This document shows positions 22,056-30,975 of a DNA stretch of 64,000 nt, one piece after another (the stretch's first letter is position 1; the number at the start of each line of letters is the position of its first letter). This DNA comes from Nitrospirota bacterium (GTDB lineage: Bacteria > Nitrospirota > Nitrospiria > Nitrospirales > Nitrospiraceae): positions 251,017 to 315,016 of the forward strand of contig CAVPGK010000011.1 in the NCBI GenBank assembly GCA_963703955.1. Reading direction: 5' to 3'. The translations under genes were made by a program, and so were the position numbers. The notes under the pieces were generated by a model, which saw nothing but the letters and a program-made list of their open reading frames with translations, searched no databases and was not told the DNA's origin.

Positions 22056-22550
22056 ATGTCCAATCTATTTTCTCGCCTCGAAGACCTCTCAAATCGTCTC
22101 AACGCCTCTTCTGATGATGTCAATGAAACAATCAGACGGGTAGAGGCAAAACTCGCCACGTTGCGGCTCGGTGTCGAAGCATGGCTGCCGGAGCCTCCTC
22201 TCAAAACTGACGTCCAGTTTTTTGACGAGCCAGCTGTTGCAGATGTGCTCAAGCCAGGTATGTACGTCGTAAAGGCACGGCTTGGCTATGCAAAGGTCCG
22301 CAACGCTTCCACGCCGAGCGGCAGTTGGTGTCTGGCCATCTCCCGGCATATAGGTGACCTCCCTCACAATGTGGGTATTCACAGTAATACAGTTCTCCTC
22401 GATACGACGCCTCTCCTACAAGCCTCACGTGGCATGCGAATCCTGGCACTCCACAAGATACCGGCGCTATTAGTGGAATTGGAGCGGTGCGCAAAGGTGT
22501 CATTAGATTCGGTGGAAGACGCCAAGAAGGCTGCACAAACCATACTCTAG
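22056..22550 (+). CDS. Hypothetical island protein (N-terminal coiled coil)
   Basis: RBS AGGAGGAGG before ATG 22056; 164 aa. Confidence 0.75.
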   Translation: MSNLFSRLEDLSNRLNASSDDVNETIRRVEAKLATLRLGVEAWLPEPPLKTDVQFFDEPAVADVLKPGMYVVKARLGYAKVRNASTPSGSWCLAISRHIGDLPHNVGIHSNTVLLDTTPLLQASRGMRILALHKIPALLVELERCAKVSLDSVEDAKKAAQTIL

Positions 22551-22637
22551 CGCGACATTTTGTTATGTTGCCCAGCAAAGCAATGGATCGGGAACGATCC
22601 GCAACTATGATGCCTGTCCGGCATCGAGGGGGAACCC

Positions 22638-23045
22638 ATGGAAGTCCTGTCGGGACCGAAGAATCAAGGTCGGTTTGTCTTCCCTGAATCCGAGACCTTC
22701 GAGCATCATGGTCTCGTTTTTCGCTCTCGCTCAGAAATCAAAATCTTCGATGCACTCGTAAGGCGCCGTGTTCTTTTCTGTCCGCTCCCCGTAGCGGTCC
22801 TCGGTGACGTTGGCGTATATCGTGAGCCGGATTTCCTTGTGTTCCATCGAGGAAGGAGCGGCATTCTGGATGTCCAAGGATCGGCGTTCCATCCGCCTGA
22901 GACCGCCGCCGTTGAGCATGAGAGGCGTCGTCGATTCATCGACCTTGGTATCAATGAATTTGAAATCTACGATGCTGGATCGTGTTACAACCAGCCGGAG
23001 AAGGTTGTGGGAGACTTCCTTAGTCGGCTCGGCAATCGTCGTTGA
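22638..23045 (+). CDS. PD-(D/E)xK / DUF559-Vsr-like nuclease-domain protein
   Basis: FRSRSEIKI..REPDFLV..GILDVQG..FH..EHERRR pattern. Confidence 0.65.
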   Translation: MEVLSGPKNQGRFVFPESETFEHHGLVFRSRSEIKIFDALVRRRVLFCPLPVAVLGDVGVYREPDFLVFHRGRSGILDVQGSAFHPPETAAVEHERRRRFIDLGINEFEIYDAGSCYNQPEKVVGDFLSRLGNRR

Positions 23046-23225
23046 GGCTAGTCCCAACAGGAAGGGGCGCCATGCCAAAGAAAGTTTCCTTCGTCCTTCA
23101 GTTCACCCTCTCCGCAGAAGAAAAAAAGTCGTTTATCCAACAGGCGCGGCGAGAAGCTGAACGCGAAGCGCTGACAGTGGAAGGCGAACCATCTGACGAT
23201 TGAGACTCGCGGCCGTCACGCTGAC

Positions 23226-23801
23226 GTGCGAAAGGAGGTCAAGGCGGCCCTCGATGAGGGCGTCAAACTACTTGAGGAGCTAGCCCAGCGGGGAACGCCC
23301 GGCCTTCCCGTCGCCGGTCGCGCTAAAACGCTCCGAACGCAATGGTTCGAGTTGGCGCGATATGTCCTGACGGCACGACGTGGCTGGAAGCTCGACAAAG
23401 GTGGGCGAACCTTTAGCAGGCGAAACCCTGACGACGGCACTACCGAAACCCTCGCGCATTCTGCCGTGCGAAACGCGGCCTGGGTCTACCGGATTACCGA
23501 GAAAGCGAACCCCGCCGCCGACGAGATTAGATTTCTCAAAACGCACGCTCCAGGCATCTATCGCCACGCTTTTGTCGAATGGCCCGAAGTCATCCCTCCG
23601 GGGCAAGCATGCCGGTGGCTCGTCTCGACGCCGGAAACAACCTGGAGGACTGCCCCGGGCGGGCGCAGGCTCGTTTTCTGGCGGCCTCCAGGACGAGACC
23701 ATTTTTGTGTGAGGGCACGGCATGATCGATCCGTCGAGCGTGTTTCATCGCATAGACCGCGTCATGAGGATCGCCGCGTAGGTGGGCCTGGAAGGCGCTA
23801 G
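23226..23801 (+). CDS. Hypothetical protein, possibly degraded
   Basis: 191 aa ORF. A short upstream ORF from ATG ~23072 in another frame may be its frameshifted N-terminus. Confidence 0.35.
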   Translation: MRKEVKAALDEGVKLLEELAQRGTPGLPVAGRAKTLRTQWFELARYVLTARRGWKLDKGGRTFSRRNPDDGTTETLAHSAVRNAAWVYRITEKANPAADEIRFLKTHAPGIYRHAFVEWPEVIPPGQACRWLVSTPETTWRTAPGGRRLVFWRPPGRDHFCVRARHDRSVERVSSHRPRHEDRRVGGPGRR

Positions 23802-23881
23802 GATGAGCCGGACACTATCATCCCCTGAAGCTTGGGTAGGAATCATTCATCCTGAGCTAACTGCGTGCGACGGGGCGGTGG

Positions 23882-24295
23882 TCAGTTTGAGTCCATCCAT
23901 GTTATCGCCATGGCCAATGCGGCATTATTCGCCTCTTCCTCACTAGCAAAATGCCTAGTCGCATCATGAATCGGTGTTATGGTTACCATGCCTTTAGTGG
24001 ATGCCCGAATATCGACGGCGGCAATCCATCCAGCTCCAGGGCGGCTTTCATAAGACACAAGGCTAAATTGCCGATTGTTATAAATGCGCCATTCATGCAT
24101 TTTAAGAATCTCCGCGTGCTTCGTCTCCGTCAACTTCATGGTGGCCTTGGCAGCGGCGCGTCGCCGCTGCCAGTTATGCTCAGCACAATTTTCGGGCATT
24201 GTGACGAACGGGCACATAGCCAAGAGGTCCGACAGTGCATCCCGTAGCCGCTGGACCTTGTCTTGTTCATCGCGCAGTATCACAAACAGGCTCAT
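23882..24295 (-). CDS. Hypothetical protein
   Basis: RBS GGAGG before ATG 24295; C-terminus FASEEEANNAALAMAITWMD. Confidence 0.5.
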   Translation of the reverse strand: MSLFVILRDEQDKVQRLRDALSDLLAMCPFVTMPENCAEHNWQRRRAAAKATMKLTETKHAEILKMHEWRIYNNRQFSLVSYESRPGAGWIAAVDIRASTKGMVTITPIHDATRHFASEEEANNAALAMAITWMDSN

Positions 24296-24500
24296 TGATC
24301 GACCTCCCGGCGAGGCAGGCTCTTTGGACTGGCCGCCCACCGCGCCCATTGTTTGGCGGCTTCCACCCTATCTCGTGCACAGAGTGTTTGAAGCCGCATA
24401 CGCTCATTCATTTTAAGACTTGGCTCCAAGCCGCAGAACGCCTCAGTTGCATACGGCCTTAATCTTGGCAGCCTCTGCTCCTGAACGTACCGCGCACTGG

Positions 24501-24770
24501 CTACGCGGCGCGCCTTGGATCGCAAGTGGGTACGCGAGGCGTCAACGCAATCAGGTAATCTCCCTGGGAATGAATCCGCATGGAGATATCGCCCTGACGG
24601 CTTAACCGATCGATTGCGAGAAGCAACTGCGCCCAGTTGGCTTCAGGAAGGGACGCTCCGAATTGATCGAGGGTCTGAGGCCCTCGCTCTCGTAATTTTC
24701 CGAGCACCCATTCCTCGACAGACGGCCCTTGCATGTCGAGAAGTCGTGTCTCGATGGTTGTGGCGCTCAT
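24501..24770 (-). CDS. Small hypothetical protein (winged-helix-like)
   Basis: RBS GGAGG; LRERGPQTLDQ…WAQLLLAIDRLSRQG; preceded by a consensus sigma-54 site. Confidence 0.7.
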   Translation of the reverse strand: MSATTIETRLLDMQGPSVEEWVLGKLRERGPQTLDQFGASLPEANWAQLLLAIDRLSRQGDISMRIHSQGDYLIALTPRVPTCDPRRAA

Positions 24771-24809
24771 GTTTGAACCTCCATCGTGGTTAGTATGAAG
24801 GTCATGTGA

Positions 24810-24825
24810 AGCAACGAGGGTGCCA
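24810..24825 (-). promoter_or_regulatory. Sigma-54 promoter
   Basis: Minus strand TGGCAC-CCTCG-TTGCT, an exact -24/-12 consensus. Confidence 0.8.
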
Positions 24826-25128
24826 GCGAGATTGTTCTTATCTTTCAGTCAGGAGGAATTGTATGGCGAACCAAATCTGACAAATTTGTTGGTAATCGAA
24901 CAAGATTGAAAGAACCGCTCCGCCTGCCTCCAAGGGGAACTCCTCCCCTCCACCAGGCGAGGCGGGCGCGACCTTTTTTGAGGGAACCGGCATGATCGAT
25001 CCATGGACCTATGCGTGGCGGTGGTCATGGTGGGCTTGGTGGCATGGCTGTTGATCGTGGAGCGGCCATGGAAATGGGCGGCGGTGCAAACGCACCCCGT
25101 AAGGTGACCCACGGCGGAAATGGACCTG

Positions 25129-25785
25129 CTATGAGACTGATGAATTAAATGGCTTCTGCATGCAGCGGCGCAGCAATCCTAGGCCGGCCAAGCCAGGCCC
25201 GAGCAATAGCAAGGACGTGGGCTCGGGAATGGGGAAAAAGTCCGCTCTAAATTCTACTGGCCCGCCGTACAGCCCGGTCGTTGCAGAGCCGTGGAACGTG
25301 AGACTGCCTACCCCGTCTCCACCAAACGTATGTGCGAGACCAAACCCACCACCCACGAAACCGACGGGATCAGTAGCGGGACAGTTCAGCTCGCCGATGC
25401 GACACAAAAGGAGTCCACCTAACCCGACGGGGAATTGTACCGTGGCCAATGGTTCGAGGGTCGAGGGAAGTATGACCGGCCCAAGGGCGCTGACTCCCAC
25501 GCGAAAGAAGCCAGAGCTGAATGGTCCCAGCGGAAATGGTTCGCCATTCACGATGAAGTTGCCACGGGCCCCTCCCCCCGGGCCAAGTGGGCCCTGAACC
25601 TGCACATTCCATGCAAAGATTGACGCTCCAGGAGGTACCGGTTGCCTTAGACGATCCACCAACTGAGTATCATTCCCACCGGAGCCTTGGATACCCTCGC
25701 CCGAGACGGCAAAACTGGCTAAACCGAATTGCTGGTTGAATATAAAAACCCCTTCGTTGATCGTGAACGAGTCGGCGTAGCTCAT
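25129..25785 (-). CDS. PEP-CTERM sorting-domain protein (start/signal peptide apparently damaged)
   Basis: C-terminal PIPEPTSLLLLGPGLAGLGLLRR. Upstream in-frame hydrophobic FLSCLISALSLLSSAMSYA has no clear start codon. Confidence 0.8.
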   Translation of the reverse strand: MSYADSFTINEGVFIFNQQFGLASFAVSGEGIQGSGGNDTQLVDRLRQPVPPGASIFAWNVQVQGPLGPGGGARGNFIVNGEPFPLGPFSSGFFRVGVSALGPVILPSTLEPLATVQFPVGLGGLLLCRIGELNCPATDPVGFVGGGFGLAHTFGGDGVGSLTFHGSATTGLYGGPVEFRADFFPIPEPTSLLLLGPGLAGLGLLRRCMQKPFNSSVS

Positions 25786-25946
25786 CGCCGAGGACAGGAG
25801 ACTCAGGGCACTGATCAGGCAGGAGAGGAAAGGACTCTGGTGGGTGGCCGGATTGTTGTTGAAGTATCCGTTGAGGCACTAGAAAAAGGCTCATCGATTC
25901 GGTGCCTTCCAGTATGTTTCTTTGACACCGTAATATGGTGGGTCGC

Positions 25947-25969
25947 TATTTCTCAACTATTTTCACAAC
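25947..25969 (+). repeat. Tandem TTTCWCAAC repeat (arm-type site candidate, right)
   Basis: tatttctcaac-ta-ttttcacaac, same arrangement and orientation as 21705-21727. Confidence 0.65.
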
Positions 25970-26048
25970 GGCACTCGCTAGACTGCTCTGTAACAAATCT
26001 TGCACTTGGCGTCCAAGTTTGCAAAAATACGATGCTTCTGGGAAGAGC

Positions 26049-26138
<90 letters not shown>

Positions 26139-26190
26139 CATCACCTGCTGTATGACTATGAGTGGAGCGGGAATGCGTCATCGAGTTACA

Positions 26191-26525
26191 CCGAGAGGGT
26201 GGGATTCGAACGGGGGTTCTGAAGGGGCGCACGGTGACACGAATAAGTGGCACCACGTCTGTGCGCGCCGCCGAGGTGCGCGAGGCGACGAATAAGGAGC
26301 CTCACGTTTGCGCACGCCCGCGAGTCGGTGAGCGGGCAGTGTCTTCGTGAGGCGGCCTGGTTTTTCCCCCCTTCATGGGGAGCACGCGAGGGGGTCCGCG
26401 ACGCGAGCAAGAACGAGCGTCACCCTTGCGGACACCGGCGAGCCGGCAGAGTTTTAGGCCCCCCTCCGCGGAAGCGCGAGAGCGCAATACCCTCGCGCTA
26501 CTTCGAATTCCCACCCTCCCCGCTA
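26191..26525. repeat. tRNA-linked short element bounded by tRNA-3'-like inverted repeats; contains dispersed repeat copy 2 (26260-26343)
   Basis: 26193-26211 is the exact reverse complement of tRNA 26113-26131; 26502-26525 is a degenerate direct copy of the tRNA 3' end. Confidence 0.7.
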
Positions 26526-26734
26526 TGTGTTTCAAGAGTTGTCGTGAAAGAGCATTCCTTCAAACCCTACTTGTTTGACACGGTCCCAATGGCCGTTGTC
26601 TGCAGAACAAGCTTCTACTATTGGCAAATTGACCGGCACTACCTACACGAATTTCAGTCACATCCTACAGACCGGCGGCTCCGAGAGGTTTACAATGAAT
26701 GTGTGTGATAGGTGCAGATCCGAGGAGGTTGATC

Positions 26735-27214
26735 ATGCTGAGAAAGTACATACTGGCTCGACCGAACGAAACACCCCCGTACGCGGCAGAAATCCCGATT
26801 TCCTCTATTGGGACCGTCTTCGTCAGCTCAGAAGAAAAGGACCACCCAATCGATCATGTCTTTGACAGCAATCGGGGCCGTGCAGCCACACGGTGGATCG
26901 CAGGTCAGCCAGGCGAGCAGGCCATCATTGTCGCGTTCGATACCCCACAAACTATTCATCAGGTTCATCTAGAGATTGAGGAGCACGAAATCAGTCGCAC
27001 CCAGGAACTTCAGTTGTCGCTGTCAACTGATTGGGGGGTGACCTACCGGGAACTTCTGCGGCAGGAGTACAATTTTAGCCCGCCGACCACCACGTTTGAG
27101 CAAGAAGACTGGACCATACCGGGACAGCAGGTCACTCATCTCCGGCTGTGGATTAAACCCGATAAGGGCGGCAAGGAATGCCGCGCCTCTGTGACTTCCC
27201 TGGCCCTACGATAG
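26735..27214 (+). CDS. Discoidin/galactose-binding-like domain protein
   Basis: RBS GAGGAGG; SSEEKDHPIDHVFD…TRWIA…F..PQTI…RQEYNFSP…THLRLWIKPDK. Confidence 0.75.
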   Translation: MLRKYILARPNETPPYAAEIPISSIGTVFVSSEEKDHPIDHVFDSNRGRAATRWIAGQPGEQAIIVAFDTPQTIHQVHLEIEEHEISRTQELQLSLSTDWGVTYRELLRQEYNFSPPTTTFEQEDWTIPGQQVTHLRLWIKPDKGGKECRASVTSLALR

Positions 27215-27501
27215 TCATTGTCATTCACGGGAGGCCGTGAAGTAGGGACTATAGGGGCTGGGGCCCTTCGCTCTGAAGCATTGCCCCCGAACCGAAAAGC
27301 GCCATTGGCCCGCATTAGAACGAACCTGGTCAATGGTGGCTTCGATGCCTGCCGGAATATCATCAAACGCGACGACGCGCGGACGGTCACCGCATAGGCG
27401 ATTTGATCTGAGTCATGGCCCAAGATGCCGAATTTGCAACAGTGTCGACCGGCGAGACGCGCTAATCGACACTTCCTTGGACCTGGGCTACAGTTGGCGG
27501 A

Positions 27502-28041
27502 GTGCATCCACCCACCCACCTCATCCTCTCATGGGTCATGGCCCACGGACTCCCGGAACAACGGGATCGGCGTCTTGTGACATGGGCGGGTGTTGCCCCC
27601 GATCTTGATGGACTCACACTACTGGCCGGAATAGAGGCATACGGCCAGTGGCATCACGTCCTGTCGCATGGGATGCTGACGGCTGTCCTTGTGGCGGTCT
27701 TCTTGACCTTCCTCGCCCGCGATCGGCTGAAAGTCATGCTCCTGTCATTTACGACCTTCCATTTGCATCTCGTCTGCGATCTGCTGGGGAGCGGTGTGCA
27801 GTGGCCGATTCAATATTTTTGGCCGTTCAGTCATACCTTCTATTACACTCCCTACGGGTGGGAACTGGATTCCTGGCACAACATCACGATCACGATTCTC
27901 GCGATTGGGGTCGCCATTCGGCTGGCCGTGGTCTCAGGGCGATCGTTCGGCGAGGCGTTTCTCCCTGCAGGGATGGACGAGGCGGTAGTGGAAACGCTGC
28001 GCCGCCGATTTCTAGGGGATGAGAAGAAAACGGTGAGCTGA
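27502..28041 (+). CDS. Membrane-bound metal-dependent hydrolase (YdjM-like)
   Basis: MHPPTH, APDLDG, HHVLSHG, HLHLVCDLLG motifs; TM segments. Confidence 0.85.
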   Translation: MHPPTHLILSWVMAHGLPEQRDRRLVTWAGVAPDLDGLTLLAGIEAYGQWHHVLSHGMLTAVLVAVFLTFLARDRLKVMLLSFTTFHLHLVCDLLGSGVQWPIQYFWPFSHTFYYTPYGWELDSWHNITITILAIGVAIRLAVVSGRSFGEAFLPAGMDEAVVETLRRRFLGDEKKTVS

Positions 28042-28519
28042 AGAACAGGTTCCCGCTCAGGAACAGCGCGGCTTGAGTAAGCCCTCCCTCCTCCACTCAC
28101 TGCCCTCCACTTCGGCATAGAAGCTGATCATCAGGTTAGAAACGCGTAGCATGTGCGCCCCGGTTTTGAAAAGATTCGGACTGCTGGGGTTTCAGTGTGT
28201 GCCGCCTTTGGAGGGAACACGCGGGGCTCCGGTCGCCGTCATTGAGTGATGTTCTTAGCGTCCATGATAACTTGTGTGGCTGTTCGTGAGTGACGCAATT
28301 TCAATGGGTTCTGTGTCATCGGGAAAAGCGCCACCGGGGCAAGGCCGCATGCCGCTCGCTGGCGGAGCGCCCATCTGGGGTCAGCTTCGCCCCTCGCGCC
28401 TGCCCGACCTTTCCGGCGGCCTCCCGCAGGTGCTCATCTTATAGACTGTCTTAGGTCTCGCCATAGCCGCATCCATAATCCTTTCGGCCTAATACCAGTA
28501 ATATATTTTTCAGGCCCTC

Positions 28520-28549
28520 TTGACACTTTCTATCATGGTGCGCATGATA
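28520..28549 (+). promoter_or_regulatory. Sigma-70-like promoter overlapped by a palindromic operator
   Basis: TTGACA-N17-CATGAT with TATCATG-N5-CATGATA at 28531-28549. Confidence 0.5.
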
Positions 28550-28980
28550 CAGGTATTTTGTACTACTCATGCAACGAGGCAATGCACCGTGCGACGCCTC
28601 ATCGTGCTCTTCCTCCTGCTTCTCAACACCCTCGGGACGACCGCCAGTTGGACGAGTTTCTATTGCTTAGTCCGCATTCCCAACTTCATGGTGGATTCCT
28701 TAGGGTTTGAAGTGGGAGCGCTCAGGGGTTGTCGCAAGTGGACTATGACTTTCTGCATGGCGATGAGCAAACAACGGCCGTTAGGGCAGGTGGCAGTTTG
28801 CGACGTTTGATTTCATCGATGGGGCGTATGCCGCCACGAGGTTGCGCGTGGATTTCGCCCCGCAACTGCCAGGTGTGCCGGAGCTGGGGAACCTCGGGCA
28901 GCTACTGACGGGTATAGTGGGCCTGAGCCTGTTTCGGCGAAACCTCTACTGATGACAACAGGCGTTATTTGGAGTCAACG

Positions 28981-29220
28981 ATGACACTCACAAATCGCGA
29001 ACGAGACATTATCCAGCTCTTGGCCAAGGGCTTCGTGCAGAAGGAAGTGGCCGATCACCTGCATATCAGTGTGCAAACCGTCAAGGCGCATCTGACCAAC
29101 GCCCGCGGGCGGAACGGCGCCCGGACCACTATCGCGCTCGTCATGGCTGCGCGGGAGAGCGGCATGATGGGGCACGGGCTCACGTGGGCGTGGTCCGGCC
29201 TGGGGAATGGCCACTCGTAA
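28981..29220 (+). CDS. Stand-alone LuxR-type HTH protein
   Basis: LTNRERDIIQLLAKG..QKEVADHLHISVQTVKAHL; RBS GGAG. Confidence 0.8.
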   Translation: MTLTNRERDIIQLLAKGFVQKEVADHLHISVQTVKAHLTNARGRNGARTTIALVMAARESGMMGHGLTWAWSGLGNGHS

Positions 29221-29514
29221 AGAAGGTCGCCCCTGAGCCTGTTCGGGGTCTATCAGGACTTCCGCGTCGGCGCTTGCCGTCACACCATTGTTCCTGGAAA
29301 AAACCTTGATCATCGCGCGAGATTGACTCCGCCCAATTGCTTACAGCAGTAAAGATCGTTCTGAGATTGGTGAATCCCCTGCATAGCGTAGCACCGGACC
29401 ACTCACCCTGCTCGCGGCCGGTGATAGACGCGTTCCGCTCGCTGCCTCTATACTCAGTCAGCGGCTAAGGCAGCCACCGGCTGCGGCAGACGAACTATCA
29501 CGCACAATGACGAG

Positions 29515-29745
29515 CTACTTGGCAGGCAAGAGCATGTACAACGTGATTGGGATCACAACGGCCGCCGCCCATGTAACTGGCTTCTTGTGAAACACATCGT
29601 GCACGCCGTAAATGAGAATCGCTGCGATGGTAGCAAAATAGATGAATGCGTTCCCTCGTGAATATCCATGGGACTCTTCCGCCCAAGCAACACATGGCAT
29701 GACGACCCACAGCACACTCCACAGACCGGCCACCATTCGTTTCAT
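29515..29745 (-). CDS. Small membrane protein
   Basis: RBS AGGAGG; signal peptide plus two TM helices. Confidence 0.7.
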   Translation of the reverse strand: MKRMVAGLWSVLWVVMPCVAWAEESHGYSRGNAFIYFATIAAILIYGVHDVFHKKPVTWAAAVVIPITLYMLLPAK

Positions 29746-30130
29746 AGTGTCCTCCTAGGAAAGGGATTTCTTGCCATTACTGTGAACGTTCCCCCCACTG
29801 CCTTCTAAGGCAGTTATCAACGAGGCCAGAAATCGATATGTTTCCTGTCCCTCTACGGGAAAAGCTCGATCGTAGCATGATCCTCTCGACCGTGGTTGTC
29901 AAATAATTTTGGCTTACCGGTCCCGGGCATGAGTCATCACTTAGCTTGGTAGTACCGGCCTCCTCTGTGATCGTGGCGGCCGGATAGCAGTGATTCTCCA
30001 CGTTACCTCTTGCACCAAAGAGCAAGAGACGAAGGCTGAGCAGTTTCTTGACAGCTCTCCATGCCGCTGGCACACTGTCGTTGTTCGCGTCAAAGTATCG
30101 AATCGTGCTCATCACCTAGTAAGGAAGACT

Positions 30131-30541
30131 ATGAGAAACATTCGTGTCGCAACGCAGATACTATCGAAGTCCCGAAGCGGTTCGCTAAAGACTACGACCG
30201 TGCTGGTGATACTCCTCTTTTGTTCGTTTACATTGGGCCCTGGTGACTGGGGTGTCGGGACCAGTTATGCCTCTTCACCCCCAAGTTCCGGCACACCAGC
30301 AGGAGCCGGGCTTCATGCCGCGGCGTGGCTATTGACGCTTCCCTATGGTGCGATCAAGGTGGCGTTTGCACTCGGTGGTGGTATTGTCGGGGGCCTCACA
30401 TATGCGGTGTCGGCAGGAAACGTGAAAGCCGCGCAGTCCGTCTGGGTCCCCAGCATGTATGGGGATTACACAGTCACACCTGAGCATCTCAGTGGGAAGC
30501 AAACACTCCGTTTTATCGGCAAATCGGACAAGGCCTCATAA
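30131..30541 (+). CDS. Hypothetical exported/membrane protein
   Basis: Signal-like N-terminus; LPYGAIKVAFALGGGIVGGL…GDYTVTPEHLSG..LRFIG. Confidence 0.7.
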   Translation: MRNIRVATQILSKSRSGSLKTTTVLVILLFCSFTLGPGDWGVGTSYASSPPSSGTPAGAGLHAAAWLLTLPYGAIKVAFALGGGIVGGLTYAVSAGNVKAAQSVWVPSMYGDYTVTPEHLSGKQTLRFIGKSDKAS

Positions 30542-30975
30542 GGCATCTTCCGCGGCGAGGGTAAAGTACCTGCCGCAAGGGTGCCACCCAAGGATGGGCT
30601 ACGGCGAAGCCCTCAATAGAAAGAGCCACGCCTAACATGGACGTAGCCCCTTCCTCACATCTCGGCAAGCATAATCACTATTGAACCGTTCGTCCTCCCC
30701 TCCCGCCCACTGTAACTCAATGCGCAGAAGGACTTGCTCAACTCATCCAGGCGCGTTTCGTATCTAATCGGGTATTTCAACGTCTCTGTTCCGATAAGAC
30801 CTTGGGTCTCACATCCGACCCAAAGACTTACCTCGCTCCTGGGCCATCAGGAAAATAATCAATTTCCTGTGAAAAACTTCGTAGCATGCGAGAGCAGCCC
30901 AGGAGGCGATGCGAATGATGAAGGACCGGATATCTAGGCAATCAAGGGCGGATAGGCCATGCTCGCAGTCGCAAA

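Noticed and set aside
28927..28964. Hammerhead-like GAAA and CTGATGA motifs inside a stem
   Set aside because: Only 6 nt separate the motifs, too little for stems I and III.
28922..29246. 12-bp direct repeat CCTGAGCCTGTT flanking the LuxR ORF
   Set aside because: One such nearby 12-mer pair is about what chance gives in a window of this size; no other mobility signal.
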